Shown here: positions 1-6,880 of the stretch, one piece after another
Position numbering within the stretch: the first letter of the stretch is position 1
How the letters are laid out: the number at the start of each line of letters is the position of its first letter
Assembly: GCA_034408725.1 (NCBI GenBank)
Contig: JAWXCN010000234.1
Coordinates: 1-14,435 of the forward strand
Direction: 5' to 3'
Source: Candidatus Hydrogenedentota bacterium
Lineage (GTDB): Bacteria; Hydrogenedentota; Hydrogenedentia; Hydrogenedentales; SLHB01
Length of the DNA stretch: 14,435 nt
Position numbers and translations under genes: made by a program
Notes under the pieces: generated by a model
What the model saw: the letters and a program-made list of their open reading frames with translations, nothing else
The model's database searches: none
What the model was told of the DNA's origin: nothing

Positions 1-1
1 C

Positions 2-904
2 GAACCACGCTTCGCGCTGAAACTGCGGGTTAATGAATTCGGAGAAATGACGAATCCGGCGCGGCTTTTTTTGCGCGCGCGGTCCATCCGGCACGGACAC
101 TTCCGCGGCCTCCCCCCAATTCCTTCGGACCATAAAATGCGCAATGATGATCAACATAATTGAGATCGCGATGCACAGCGCGCTGCAAATCTCCACGGGA
201 TGGCGTCCAGTGGGCCCGCCTTCGACCAACTCCACATACGCGAACATGGGCATCACATACATCCCGAAATCCGACAGGAATGGTTCGATGCGCCTGAAAC
301 CGAGCACTTCCGCGACTACTAAAAGCAATAGCATTGGGAAGCCCACGATCGTCAACATTGCGACATAGCTCAGGCCGACCGCGGCCATTGGTTTGCGCAC
401 GACGCAAGAGCAGAACACACCCGCCGTCGCGCAGAGCATCGCGGTGGATGACACGATCAGCAGCGATTTCCAAAGACTGTCGATGTTCAGTCCGACAAGA
501 AAAAACGCAGATGCCACCAGCGGCGCCAATGATACGAGCAACAGCAGATAGTGCCCCGCTGCATTCGTAAGTTTCGCGACAATAATGTGCCAGGGCTTTG
601 CGCTGGTCATCGCGAGGAGTTCGAAGGTGCCCTCTTCGCGTTCCGATACAATACTGCTGCCAGCCAGCGCAGGGACTGCAAGCGCAGCACCCCCCGCCAG
701 AACGAGCGTCAATGCCACAAAAATGCTCGAAGACGCCCCTGCCATTTCCATTGGAAGCGAGTTTGCCCGTGGCCACAACATCATCACCGACAACGTCGAC
801 AAAACAACGGCGATCAATACAAGATAGAAATACCGCGAAGTACGCAGGCTGCTCACCAGCTCGCGCCGAATCAGGCCCAATATCGGTAAAAGCGCTTCGG
901 GCAT
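2..904 (-). CDS. ABC-2 type transporter permease, 3' end outside window (partial; probably two tandem permease domains)
   Basis: Translated by hand. The minus frame (triplets starting at + positions 2 mod 3) has no stop from ATG at 904 to the window edge: MPEALLPILGLIRRELVSSLRTSRYFYLVLIAVVLSTLSVMMLWP...AVPALAGSSIVSEREEGTFELLAMTSAKPWHIIVAKL...INPQFQREAWF. It contains the ABC-2 signature 'IxxERExGTxELLxxT...I+xxKL' and several TM helices. The listed ORF 30..956 is a different, spurious frame. Confidence 0.85.
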   Translation of the reverse strand, partial: MPEALLPILGLIRRELVSSLRTSRYFYLVLIAVVLSTLSVMMLWPRANSLPMEMAGASSSIFVALTLVLAGGAALAVPALAGSSIVSEREEGTFELLAMTSAKPWHIIVAKLTNAAGHYLLLLVSLAPLVASAFFLVGLNIDSLWKSLLIVSSTAMLCATAGVFCSCVVRKPMAAVGLSYVAMLTIVGFPMLLLLVVAEVLGFRRIEPFLSDFGMYVMPMFAYVELVEGGPTGRHPVEICSALCIAISIMLIIIAHFMVRRNWGEAAEVSVPDGPRAQKKPRRIRHFSEFINPQFQREAWF

Positions 905-916
905 ACACAAAGTGTA
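905..916 (-). promoter_or_regulatory. Possible -10 element (TACACT) 6 nt before the permease ATG; leaderless candidate
   Basis: Minus strand reads ...aag TACACT ttgtgt ATG, with no SD sequence. The expected -35 position falls inside the REP at 922-946. Confidence 0.35.
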
Positions 917-921
917 CTTGA

Positions 922-1046
922 AAGGGAGGGCGCGCGTCTCCGCGCGATTGTTTCATCTTCCAAATTCGTAGTCGACTTGGTGCATGCGTCGGCTTGGCGT
1001 GTGATCACAAAGGGTACCCGGCGCGCGGGGACGCGCGCCCTCCCTT
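922..1046. repeat. REP family A inverted pair (REPIN-like): GGAG-GGCGCGCG-TCCC-CGCGCG(CC)
   Basis: 922-946 aagggagggcgcgcgtctccgcgcg and 1022-1046 cgcgcggggacgcgcgccctccctt are inverted repeats (24/25) separated by 75 nt. Each unit is a GGAG tetranucleotide followed by a GC hairpin. Confidence 0.85.
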
Positions 1047-1056
1047 GGCGACGCCG

Positions 1057-1932
1057 CTATTGGCGTTGGAAAATTAGGAGCAAGGGGCGAACATCCGCCA
1101 GATTGGATTTTCGCGATGCGCCGTTGTTGTCCAAAATGATGTAGACACTGGCGTCGTCGAATGCTAACCCTTCCGCCATGCCAAAGCGCTGATCCGCATA
1201 TCGCAGGTCTTCCCGATCGACTGTCCTACGGAACGACCGCCACGGCGCAACCGTCACGGATTTTTCGGTGCGCTCGATGATCGAAATGATCTCGGCATTC
1301 CGTTCGAGCACATAGATTGCCCCGCCGGTCACCCACAGGTCGGTGAAATCGGGAAATCGCAGCCCCCGAGGTTGTACGGTCGGCTCCATCATTACAAACG
1401 ACTCGGTGCTGGGCGGAACGGACGCGATATTGACGAACATCAGTCCGCGCGGCTGGCGTTCCGCGCAGAGCAGAAAATGCGTCGCATCGATTTGCGCGAT
1501 ACCCTCGAAGTACCCCCCGCGAAACTGAAACAAACCGGCCGACTTGCCGGCCGCCTCAAGACTCGGCGTCACCCATGCCGCGGGCTTTCCTCCGTCCGGC
1601 ACGTGAAGAATCCGGAACTGCGATTCGCTCGCGAGATAGAACCCGCCATTGCCGTCGCCGGTGATACCCTCATAGTCCCCGCGCACGCCATCGGGTACGA
1701 CAATCGGAATCGCCGGTTCCATCACCGCCCGGTCCGCCTCCAACCGAAGCCGGTAAATATCGTCGGTATGGTTATCGGAAACGGTGTAAAGCGCGCCATC
1801 GCGGATGGTCAGACCCGAAGGCTCCGCGCGAATAAGGCCGTCAACAGGCAGTGCGCGCTCCAACTCAAGCTCGGCGGGCCGCGGCGCAAACGCTCCAAGC
1901 GTTACCAACACTGCGAAAAAAAGCGGATTCAT
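1057..1932 (-). CDS. Secreted beta-propeller protein, YjiK/SdiA-regulated or phytase-like family
   Basis: From the ATG at 1932 there is a signal-peptide-like start (MNPLFFAVLVTLGAFA). Repeated blade motifs follow: EPSGLT..LYTVSD, DYEGIT..FYLASE, FEGIA..LCAER, DFTDLW..IYVLER, AEGLAF..YIILDN. The ORF-track extension to 2049 is translated REP DNA. Confidence 0.8.
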   Translation of the reverse strand: MNPLFFAVLVTLGAFAPRPAELELERALPVDGLIRAEPSGLTIRDGALYTVSDNHTDDIYRLRLEADRAVMEPAIPIVVPDGVRGDYEGITGDGNGGFYLASESQFRILHVPDGGKPAAWVTPSLEAAGKSAGLFQFRGGYFEGIAQIDATHFLLCAERQPRGLMFVNIASVPPSTESFVMMEPTVQPRGLRFPDFTDLWVTGGAIYVLERNAEIISIIERTEKSVTVAPWRSFRRTVDREDLRYADQRFGMAEGLAFDDASVYIILDNNGASRKSNLADVRPLLLIFQRQ

Positions 1933-1945
1933 TTGCAAAAAACTT

Positions 1946-2108
1946 CTCCCGGGAGGGCGGGTTTTCCAACCCGCCATTGATTTGTCTGATCCAGAAAATG
2001 GCGGGTTGGAAAACCCGCCCTCCAAATAGCTCAAGTATGTATCCTGCAAAAGTCGGGTTGGTAGATTAACTCCAGAATGGCGGGTTGGAAAACCCGCGCT
2101 CCCGGGAG
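1946..2108. repeat. REP family B cluster, 3 copies: GGAG-GGCGGGTT-TTCC-AACCCGCC-ATT
   Basis: Copy 1 at 1952-1978. Copy 2 at 1997-2023 is its exact 27-nt reverse complement (18-nt spacer). Copy 3 at 2076-2102 is in the same orientation as copy 2 with 1 mismatch. Copies 1 and 3 extend to a 33-nt inverted repeat (1946-1978 / 2076-2108, 32/33). A possible decayed copy (cgggttgg) lies near 2054-2061. Confidence 0.92.
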
Positions 2109-2135
2109 GTGCTTTGAAAACGCGCTGTTCCGCAG

Positions 2136-2165
2136 TTGTACACCCCGCCCAACATATGGCATAAT
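2136..2165 (+). promoter_or_regulatory. Putative sigma70 promoter of the DAHP synthase gene
   Basis: TTGTAC (2136-2141), 18-nt spacer, then TG-g-CATAAT as an extended -10 (2157-2165). Confidence 0.5.
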
Positions 2166-2222
2166 AACACTTTACAACGAGGCCTCGCGACGCGGGGTCT
2201 TTCCCGATTCGAGGTCGAGCAC

Positions 2223-3296
2223 ATGCAACGCACTCAAGACATCAATGTCCGCTCCCTGACCCCGCTGATCTCACCGCGGGACATAAAGGAATTTTTGCCA
2301 CTGAGTGAAACCGCGTGCGCGACCGTCGTTCAAGGCCGTGAAGCCATCCGCAAGATTCAGCGTCGCGAGGACGCGAGGTTGTTGGCGGTGGTTGGCCCCT
2401 GTTCGATTCACGACGAAAAAGCCGCGCTGGAATACGCCGAACGTCTGACCACGGTGGCAGCCCGGGTGCGGGACCGGTTACTGGTGGTGATGCGGGTGTA
2501 CTTTGAAAAGCCGCGAACCATTGTCGGCTGGAAGGGCCTGATCAACGATCCACACCTCGATGGTTCATTTGACGTTTCGGCAGGCATTCACAAGGCGCGC
2601 GAAATCCTGTTGCGCATCAATGAGATGGGCATGCCCTGCGCCACCGAAATGCTCGACCCCATCACCCCTCAATACACCGCAGATCTGGTGACCTGGGCCT
2701 CGCTTGGCGCGCGGACAACCGAATCGCAGACGCACCGGCAGATGGCCAGCGGGTTGTCGATGCCCGTTGGATTCAAGAACGGCACGGACGGCAACCTGCA
2801 CGTCGCCATTGACGCGATGGAGGCCGCGCGGCACCCGCACGCTTTTCTTGGCATCGATGCCGACGGGCAAACATGTATCGTAAACACGACGGGCAACCTG
2901 GATGGACAACTCATCCTGCGTGGCGGACGGTCCGGCCCGAATTACGGTCCCGACAGTATTGCGGAGGCGCGCGCGCTCCTCGCCAAACGCAACCTGGACC
3001 CGCATATTCTCGTCGATTGCAGCCACGCCAATTCCAACAAGGATTACCGCAACCAGCCCGCCGTCTGGCGCAGCGTTTTGAACCAGCGCATCGACGGCGC
3101 ATCCGATATTCTCGGCATGATGGTCGAAAGCAATCTGGTTGAAGGTGGCCAACCCCTCGGCGGCGATTTGACCGCTTTGAAGTACGGTGTCTCGATTACG
3201 GATTCCTGCATTGGCTGGGAAGCGACGGAAACATTACTCGACGAGGGCCATGCGCTGCTTGCGAAAGTGGGCGCTGCCCCGGCAATGAGCACATAG
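2223..3296 (+). CDS. aroG: 3-deoxy-D-arabino-heptulosonate 7-phosphate (DAHP) synthase, class I-alpha (AroF/G/H type; isoenzyme not determinable)
   Basis: Motifs GPCSIHD, RVYFEKPRT, GARTTESQTHR, GFKNGT, DCSHANS and YGVSITDSCIGW are present. Start set at ATG 2223 (MQRTQDINV), with GAGG at 2211-2214. Confidence 0.95.
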   Translation: MQRTQDINVRSLTPLISPRDIKEFLPLSETACATVVQGREAIRKIQRREDARLLAVVGPCSIHDEKAALEYAERLTTVAARVRDRLLVVMRVYFEKPRTIVGWKGLINDPHLDGSFDVSAGIHKAREILLRINEMGMPCATEMLDPITPQYTADLVTWASLGARTTESQTHRQMASGLSMPVGFKNGTDGNLHVAIDAMEAARHPHAFLGIDADGQTCIVNTTGNLDGQLILRGGRSGPNYGPDSIAEARALLAKRNLDPHILVDCSHANSNKDYRNQPAVWRSVLNQRIDGASDILGMMVESNLVEGGQPLGGDLTALKYGVSITDSCIGWEATETLLDEGHALLAKVGAAPAMST

Positions 3297-3306
3297 GACC
3301 GCACTG

Positions 3307-3945
3307 ATGGTTTCGGCCCCGGGCGCTACCTGGTTTATACTCATCTTTGTGGGATTGTTCATGGTTTGCGTCACCGCGCTGGCGGCAGTGCCTGCCTACC
3401 TCCTGTGGCGCATGACCAAAGACAAACGCTATCCGATCATGTGGGTGACTTGCAGCATGCTGATCGTAATGCTGTCGGCAGGGCAGGTCTACATGCAGCG
3501 CCCCGAAGTTCCCGCCCCAACACCCATCAATGAAACGCTCACGGACGTCGCCGACGCCAGCGGCGCGTTACAGGTGACTGCTATCCGCCTTCCCGAACCG
3601 CATCAACCGTTCACGCGAATCGAGATCGATGTTGAGAATTCAGGTTCCGGCGAAATGTTCCTTGGGCTTCAATACAAAGTCGATTCAGGTTCCGTGGGAA
3701 ACTCACTACCGGAATCAAAAAGCGGCACCCATATCTGGACCGTCGCCCCATCGTATAAAGGGACGCTTTCGGAGAATATCGAATTGCCCACCTTTGGCTA
3801 TGGCGGGAAGATAACGATCGTGTTCGCGCGCTGCACAAGCGCAGCATCGGCCGACCCGTCATGGTTGCCGAAAGATTCCAGCGCTATCTATCAGAACCAA
3901 TTCATGCTGGTTCCCCCGCCTGAAGGACCCCCACCGTCCGGCTAG
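3307..3945 (+). CDS. Hypothetical membrane protein (2 N-terminal TM helices plus a beta-rich extracytoplasmic domain)
   Basis: 212-aa ORF starting 10 nt after the DAHP synthase stop, with AGGA overlapping that stop. Two hydrophobic segments, a Pro-rich linker, then alternating beta-strand patterns. Confidence 0.7.
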   Translation: MVSAPGATWFILIFVGLFMVCVTALAAVPAYLLWRMTKDKRYPIMWVTCSMLIVMLSAGQVYMQRPEVPAPTPINETLTDVADASGALQVTAIRLPEPHQPFTRIEIDVENSGSGEMFLGLQYKVDSGSVGNSLPESKSGTHIWTVAPSYKGTLSENIELPTFGYGGKITIVFARCTSAASADPSWLPKDSSAIYQNQFMLVPPPEGPPPSG

Positions 3946-4065
3946 CCGACGACACACCGATTTTATCGTGCTCGTAATCAATCTTTGCATTTCATTGCGC
4001 GAGCGCGAATTAACTCCGTCGCCGTACTGTTTTCATCTTCACATACAGCAACCCACGAGGCGCCC

Positions 4066-4929
4066 ATGGCAAACCCAGAATGGATCGAAAAACAATGGCC
4101 CGAACCCGTGCTTCCGGCATGCCCCGTACAAAAGCTGCTCGAAGGCCAACGCGCAATCGTAACCGGCGCATCCTCCGGCATCGGCAAGGCGGTTGCCATA
4201 GCGTTGGGCCACGCCGGCGCGGATATCGTCGTGAACTATCTGAACGGCGAAGACAAAGCCCGCGCGGTGGTGGACGAGATTTCCCGGTGCGGCAGCAAGG
4301 CCATCATCCATCAAGCCGACGTGACGCAGGAAGACCAGGTGCGCGGCATGTTCGCGCGGGCGATAAACGAGTGGGGCGCAATCGATATTCTTGTGAACAA
4401 CGCAGGCATTCAACAGGACGCGCCTTTCGATCAAATGACGCTTGATCAATGGAACGCGGTGATCGCGGTAAACCTCACGGGCCAGTTCCTGTGCGCGCGC
4501 GAAGCCGTGCGCGCCTTCAAACGGCAAGGCGTTCGCAAACAGGTTTCCTGCGCCGCCGGCAAGATTATCTGTATCAGCTCGGTCCACGAAGTCATCCCCT
4601 GGGCCGGACACGTGAACTACGCCGCATCCAAAGGCGGCGTACTCTTGCTGATGAAAAGCGTCGCGCAGGAAGTCGCCCCGTATCGAATCCGGGTAAACAG
4701 CATCGCGCCGGGCGCAGTTCGCACCCCCATCAACATGGAAGCATGGAGTACGCCGGAGGCCTATAACGAGCTGTTAAAACTCATCCCCTATAACAGGATT
4801 GGCGAGCCGGAAGACGTTGGGCGCGCGGCGGTATGGCTGGCATCGGACCACTCCGACTATGTCCATGGCGTCACGCTCTTTGTGGACGGCGGAATGACGC
4901 TCTATCCCGGTTTTCAGACTGGCGGATGA
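4066..4929 (+). CDS. Classical SDR oxidoreductase, glucose 1-dehydrogenase-like
   Basis: TGASSGIG, NNAG, SSVHEVIPW, catalytic YAASK, IRVNSIAPG and a C-terminal VDGGMTLYPGF typical of Gdh-like SDRs. Start at ATG 4066 with GAGG at 4057-4060. Confidence 0.9.
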   Translation: MANPEWIEKQWPEPVLPACPVQKLLEGQRAIVTGASSGIGKAVAIALGHAGADIVVNYLNGEDKARAVVDEISRCGSKAIIHQADVTQEDQVRGMFARAINEWGAIDILVNNAGIQQDAPFDQMTLDQWNAVIAVNLTGQFLCAREAVRAFKRQGVRKQVSCAAGKIICISSVHEVIPWAGHVNYAASKGGVLLLMKSVAQEVAPYRIRVNSIAPGAVRTPINMEAWSTPEAYNELLKLIPYNRIGEPEDVGRAAVWLASDHSDYVHGVTLFVDGGMTLYPGFQTGG

Positions 4930-5001
4930 ACCAGTCCTGCCATCCAACTTCCCTCGAAACTCAGATGGCGGAAGCGCGAGTCAAATAAAAGCAATGGGCT
5001 T

Positions 5002-5023
5002 ATGACACGTGTCATGGTATAAT
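5002..5023 (+). promoter_or_regulatory. Perfect 14-bp palindrome ATGACACGTGTCAT abutting an extended -10 (TGgTATAAT)
   Basis: Palindrome at 5002-5015, TG at 5015-5016, TATAAT at 5018-5023. No good -35. Confidence 0.55.
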
Positions 5024-5065
5024 CCTTTTGTGCGCGACGGGACAACGCGCGGATTTAGAAGCATT

Positions 5066-5094
5066 TTGAAAGTTTCTTGATGTAGGACTATAAT
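5066..5094 (+). promoter_or_regulatory. Near-consensus sigma70 promoter positioned for a leaderless GNAT mRNA
   Basis: TTGAAA (5066-5071), 17 nt, TATAAT (5089-5094), 6 nt, ATG at 5101. Confidence 0.75.
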
Positions 5095-5100
5095 ACGGGC

Positions 5101-5550
5101 ATGGTACACGTTGAAGAAGCGGTGGAGGCGGACCTAAACGCGCTCTGCGCAATTGATCGGTTGGTAATTGGAAGTAGCGAGCGCCGGAGTTTCCTCTCGA
5201 GCGCAATCGCCGCACGGCGATGTTACAAAGCTGTCTTCGGCGGCGAAGCCGTGGGATTCATGGTCATTGAGAAGGGACTCTACGGACACGCGTTTATTTC
5301 CTTCATGATCGTGCATCCTGGCCATCGGCGCGAAGGCGTGGCGTCCGCGCTAATCGATTACGCGGAATTTATTGCGCCCACCGACAAACTTTTCACCTCG
5401 ACGAGCACGGGCAATACCGATATGCAGCGGCTGTGCGAATCGCTGGGATTCATTCGAAGCAGCAGCATCGGCAATCTCGAGAGTGACGAATCCGAGATCG
5501 TCTACTACAAACCCCTCCTGAAAAAAGCCGCCGTAGGCTCGCGTTCATAG
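5101..5550 (+). CDS. GNAT family N-acetyltransferase
   Basis: 149 aa. Acetyl-CoA motif A VHPGHRREGVASALI; C-terminal NTDMQRLCESLGF. Confidence 0.9.
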   Translation: MVHVEEAVEADLNALCAIDRLVIGSSERRSFLSSAIAARRCYKAVFGGEAVGFMVIEKGLYGHAFISFMIVHPGHRREGVASALIDYAEFIAPTDKLFTSTSTGNTDMQRLCESLGFIRSSSIGNLESDESEIVYYKPLLKKAAVGSRS

Positions 5551-5553
5551 TCT

Positions 5554-5673
5554 ATTTTGGACTGCGGTAGCGGCCAGCTACCACTTTTGGGGACGCGGTT
5601 AGCCTTGCCCTACGCGAGCGTAATCGAAGCGTCCAAATAGAAATCGGCAGCTACGTCGGCCGCACTCCAAAAT
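5554..5673. repeat. REP family C degenerate inverted pair (TTTTGGAGTGCGG...AGCTGCCG.TTT type) between convergent genes
   Basis: Left arm 5554-5588 is attttggactgcggtagcggccagctaccactttt. The reverse complement of 5641-5673 is attttggagtgcggccgacgtagctgccgattt. The outer 14 nt match 13/14, and the inner parts are hairpin remnants. Confidence 0.7.
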
Positions 5674-5677
5674 GGGA

Positions 5678-6859
5678 TCACTCGTGCTGCCGTAAAAAGG
5701 TTTCCAGCGGTGATTCATGGCCTTGGGGAAGCGCATCCCACGCGCGGTGATTCCGGCGTAACGCGATAACCGCGATAATCGCGAACGGCAAACACAACAA
5801 CGCTGGCATCCAACGCGACTCCGGCCCAATCAATTCAATTGCGCGCGAAACACTCACCGCCGCCATTGTCCCACCCACCAACAGAACACCCCAGAAAACC
5901 GGCGCCGCTTTTCGCGCGCGCAATGTGTAGATAAACAACACTGTTGCGGCGCCCCGGCACAGCGCGCCGGTCGCAAGGATGACCAGTTCGGCCAACGGCA
6001 GCAGCGGCGTCACGGCCATTGCATAGGCCTGCTTGAACTGCGCCAGATCGCTTTTAGGCCCATCCCCGAACATTGCGGCGAGTCCCTGATGGGCAATGTA
6101 TCCGTTGATCAACAGCTCGCACGAGGCCGTACCGATGGCCGCGCCGATCGCCCCTGACCAATTGGCCTGCGCGCGTTTGACGGCATACGCGAGTCCGCAC
6201 ACGGCCAGAAAGGCTGCAACGCCACCGCAAGCGCCGAGCAACAGGCTTTGTATTAAAATCGACGCCAAATGGGACACCGCGAATTCGAGTCGGGCGAACA
6301 GCGCGAGTTGAAGAACTACCCCGCCCACCAGCGCCAGAAACGAACTGAGCAAAAACATCGCCGCGCCCGCGCCTAGCGTTGTCATGGGCGCGCCCGCGCG
6401 TTTCGCCGCGATGATGAGCACCGCGGCCATTAAAAAGAGCGAATACGAGAGAAAATACATCGCGCGAAGGCTATTGCGCGCCGGCAATTCGCGCACGCGC
6501 ACGCGCCAACCACCCAGCGCGGCGTCCGCGCTGATCTCAAGTGTGTAATTCCCCGAAGCCGCAATCGGTAGCGGTGTCCGCTCCTGACTGCGGGTCGTTC
6601 CCCAAAGATGTTTGTAAATTTCCGCGCCCGAGGGATCGAGCACGCGCAGAGAACCCGAACCCGACGTAAAAATTGCCGTGCTGTTGATTCCGAGTTTCGC
6701 GTCTGGCGCGGCAACCTCGAAGGGATACTGCCGCGTGGCCGTGGTTGGAGACGCATAGGAATCGAAAAGGTCGACGGCGATGTCTGCGCACGCGGATGGC
6801 GCGCAAAGGGCAAATAGGAGTAGAAGAAGAATTATCTGCACGTGGTGATATGAACTCAC
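5678..6859 (-). CDS. Membrane protein: signal peptide, extracellular beta-sandwich (PPC-like) and a multi-TM domain resembling YhfC/DUF2324 intramembrane protease
   Basis: 393-aa ORF with GTG start. Signal peptide ends ...PSACA. The beta domain contains LRVLDPSGAEIY and SGNYTLEIS, followed by about 8 hydrophobic segments. Family assignment is by eye. Confidence 0.7.
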   Translation of the reverse strand: MSSYHHVQIILLLLLFALCAPSACADIAVDLFDSYASPTTATRQYPFEVAAPDAKLGINSTAIFTSGSGSLRVLDPSGAEIYKHLWGTTRSQERTPLPIAASGNYTLEISADAALGGWRVRVRELPARNSLRAMYFLSYSLFLMAAVLIIAAKRAGAPMTTLGAGAAMFLLSSFLALVGGVVLQLALFARLEFAVSHLASILIQSLLLGACGGVAAFLAVCGLAYAVKRAQANWSGAIGAAIGTASCELLINGYIAHQGLAAMFGDGPKSDLAQFKQAYAMAVTPLLPLAELVILATGALCRGAATVLFIYTLRARKAAPVFWGVLLVGGTMAAVSVSRAIELIGPESRWMPALLCLPFAIIAVIALRRNHRAWDALPQGHESPLETFLRQHE

Positions 6860-6880
6860 GTCATGCGTTCGAATGTTTCC

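Noticed and set aside
30..956. 308-aa minus-strand ORF in the track
   Set aside because: It is the wrong frame, with Cys/Arg-rich nonsense composition. The overlapping frame starting at 904 encodes a recognisable ABC-2 permease.
1000..1009. TGTGATCACA as a CRP site
   Set aside because: The half-sites abut without the required 6-nt spacer, and it lies inside a REPIN spacer.
1952..2102. Three ~27-nt palindromic repeats as a mini CRISPR array
   Set aside because: Copy 1 is inverted relative to copies 2 and 3, the spacers are unequal (18 and 52 nt), no cas genes are present, and the GGAG+hairpin structure fits REPs.
2136..2222. Aromatic-containing N-terminal extension (MYTPPNIWH...) as an attenuator leader peptide
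   Set aside because: It is in frame with the DAHP synthase with no stop, it starts at the TTG of the predicted -35, and it has no run of aromatic codons.
1805..2259. Small ORFs sharing the peptides MAGWKTR / GGFSNPP
   Set aside because: These are translations of the REP-B DNA repeats, not a protein repeat family.
4937..4971. Hairpin after the SDR gene as an intrinsic terminator
   Set aside because: It is only an 8-bp stem with a 19-nt loop and no U-tract.
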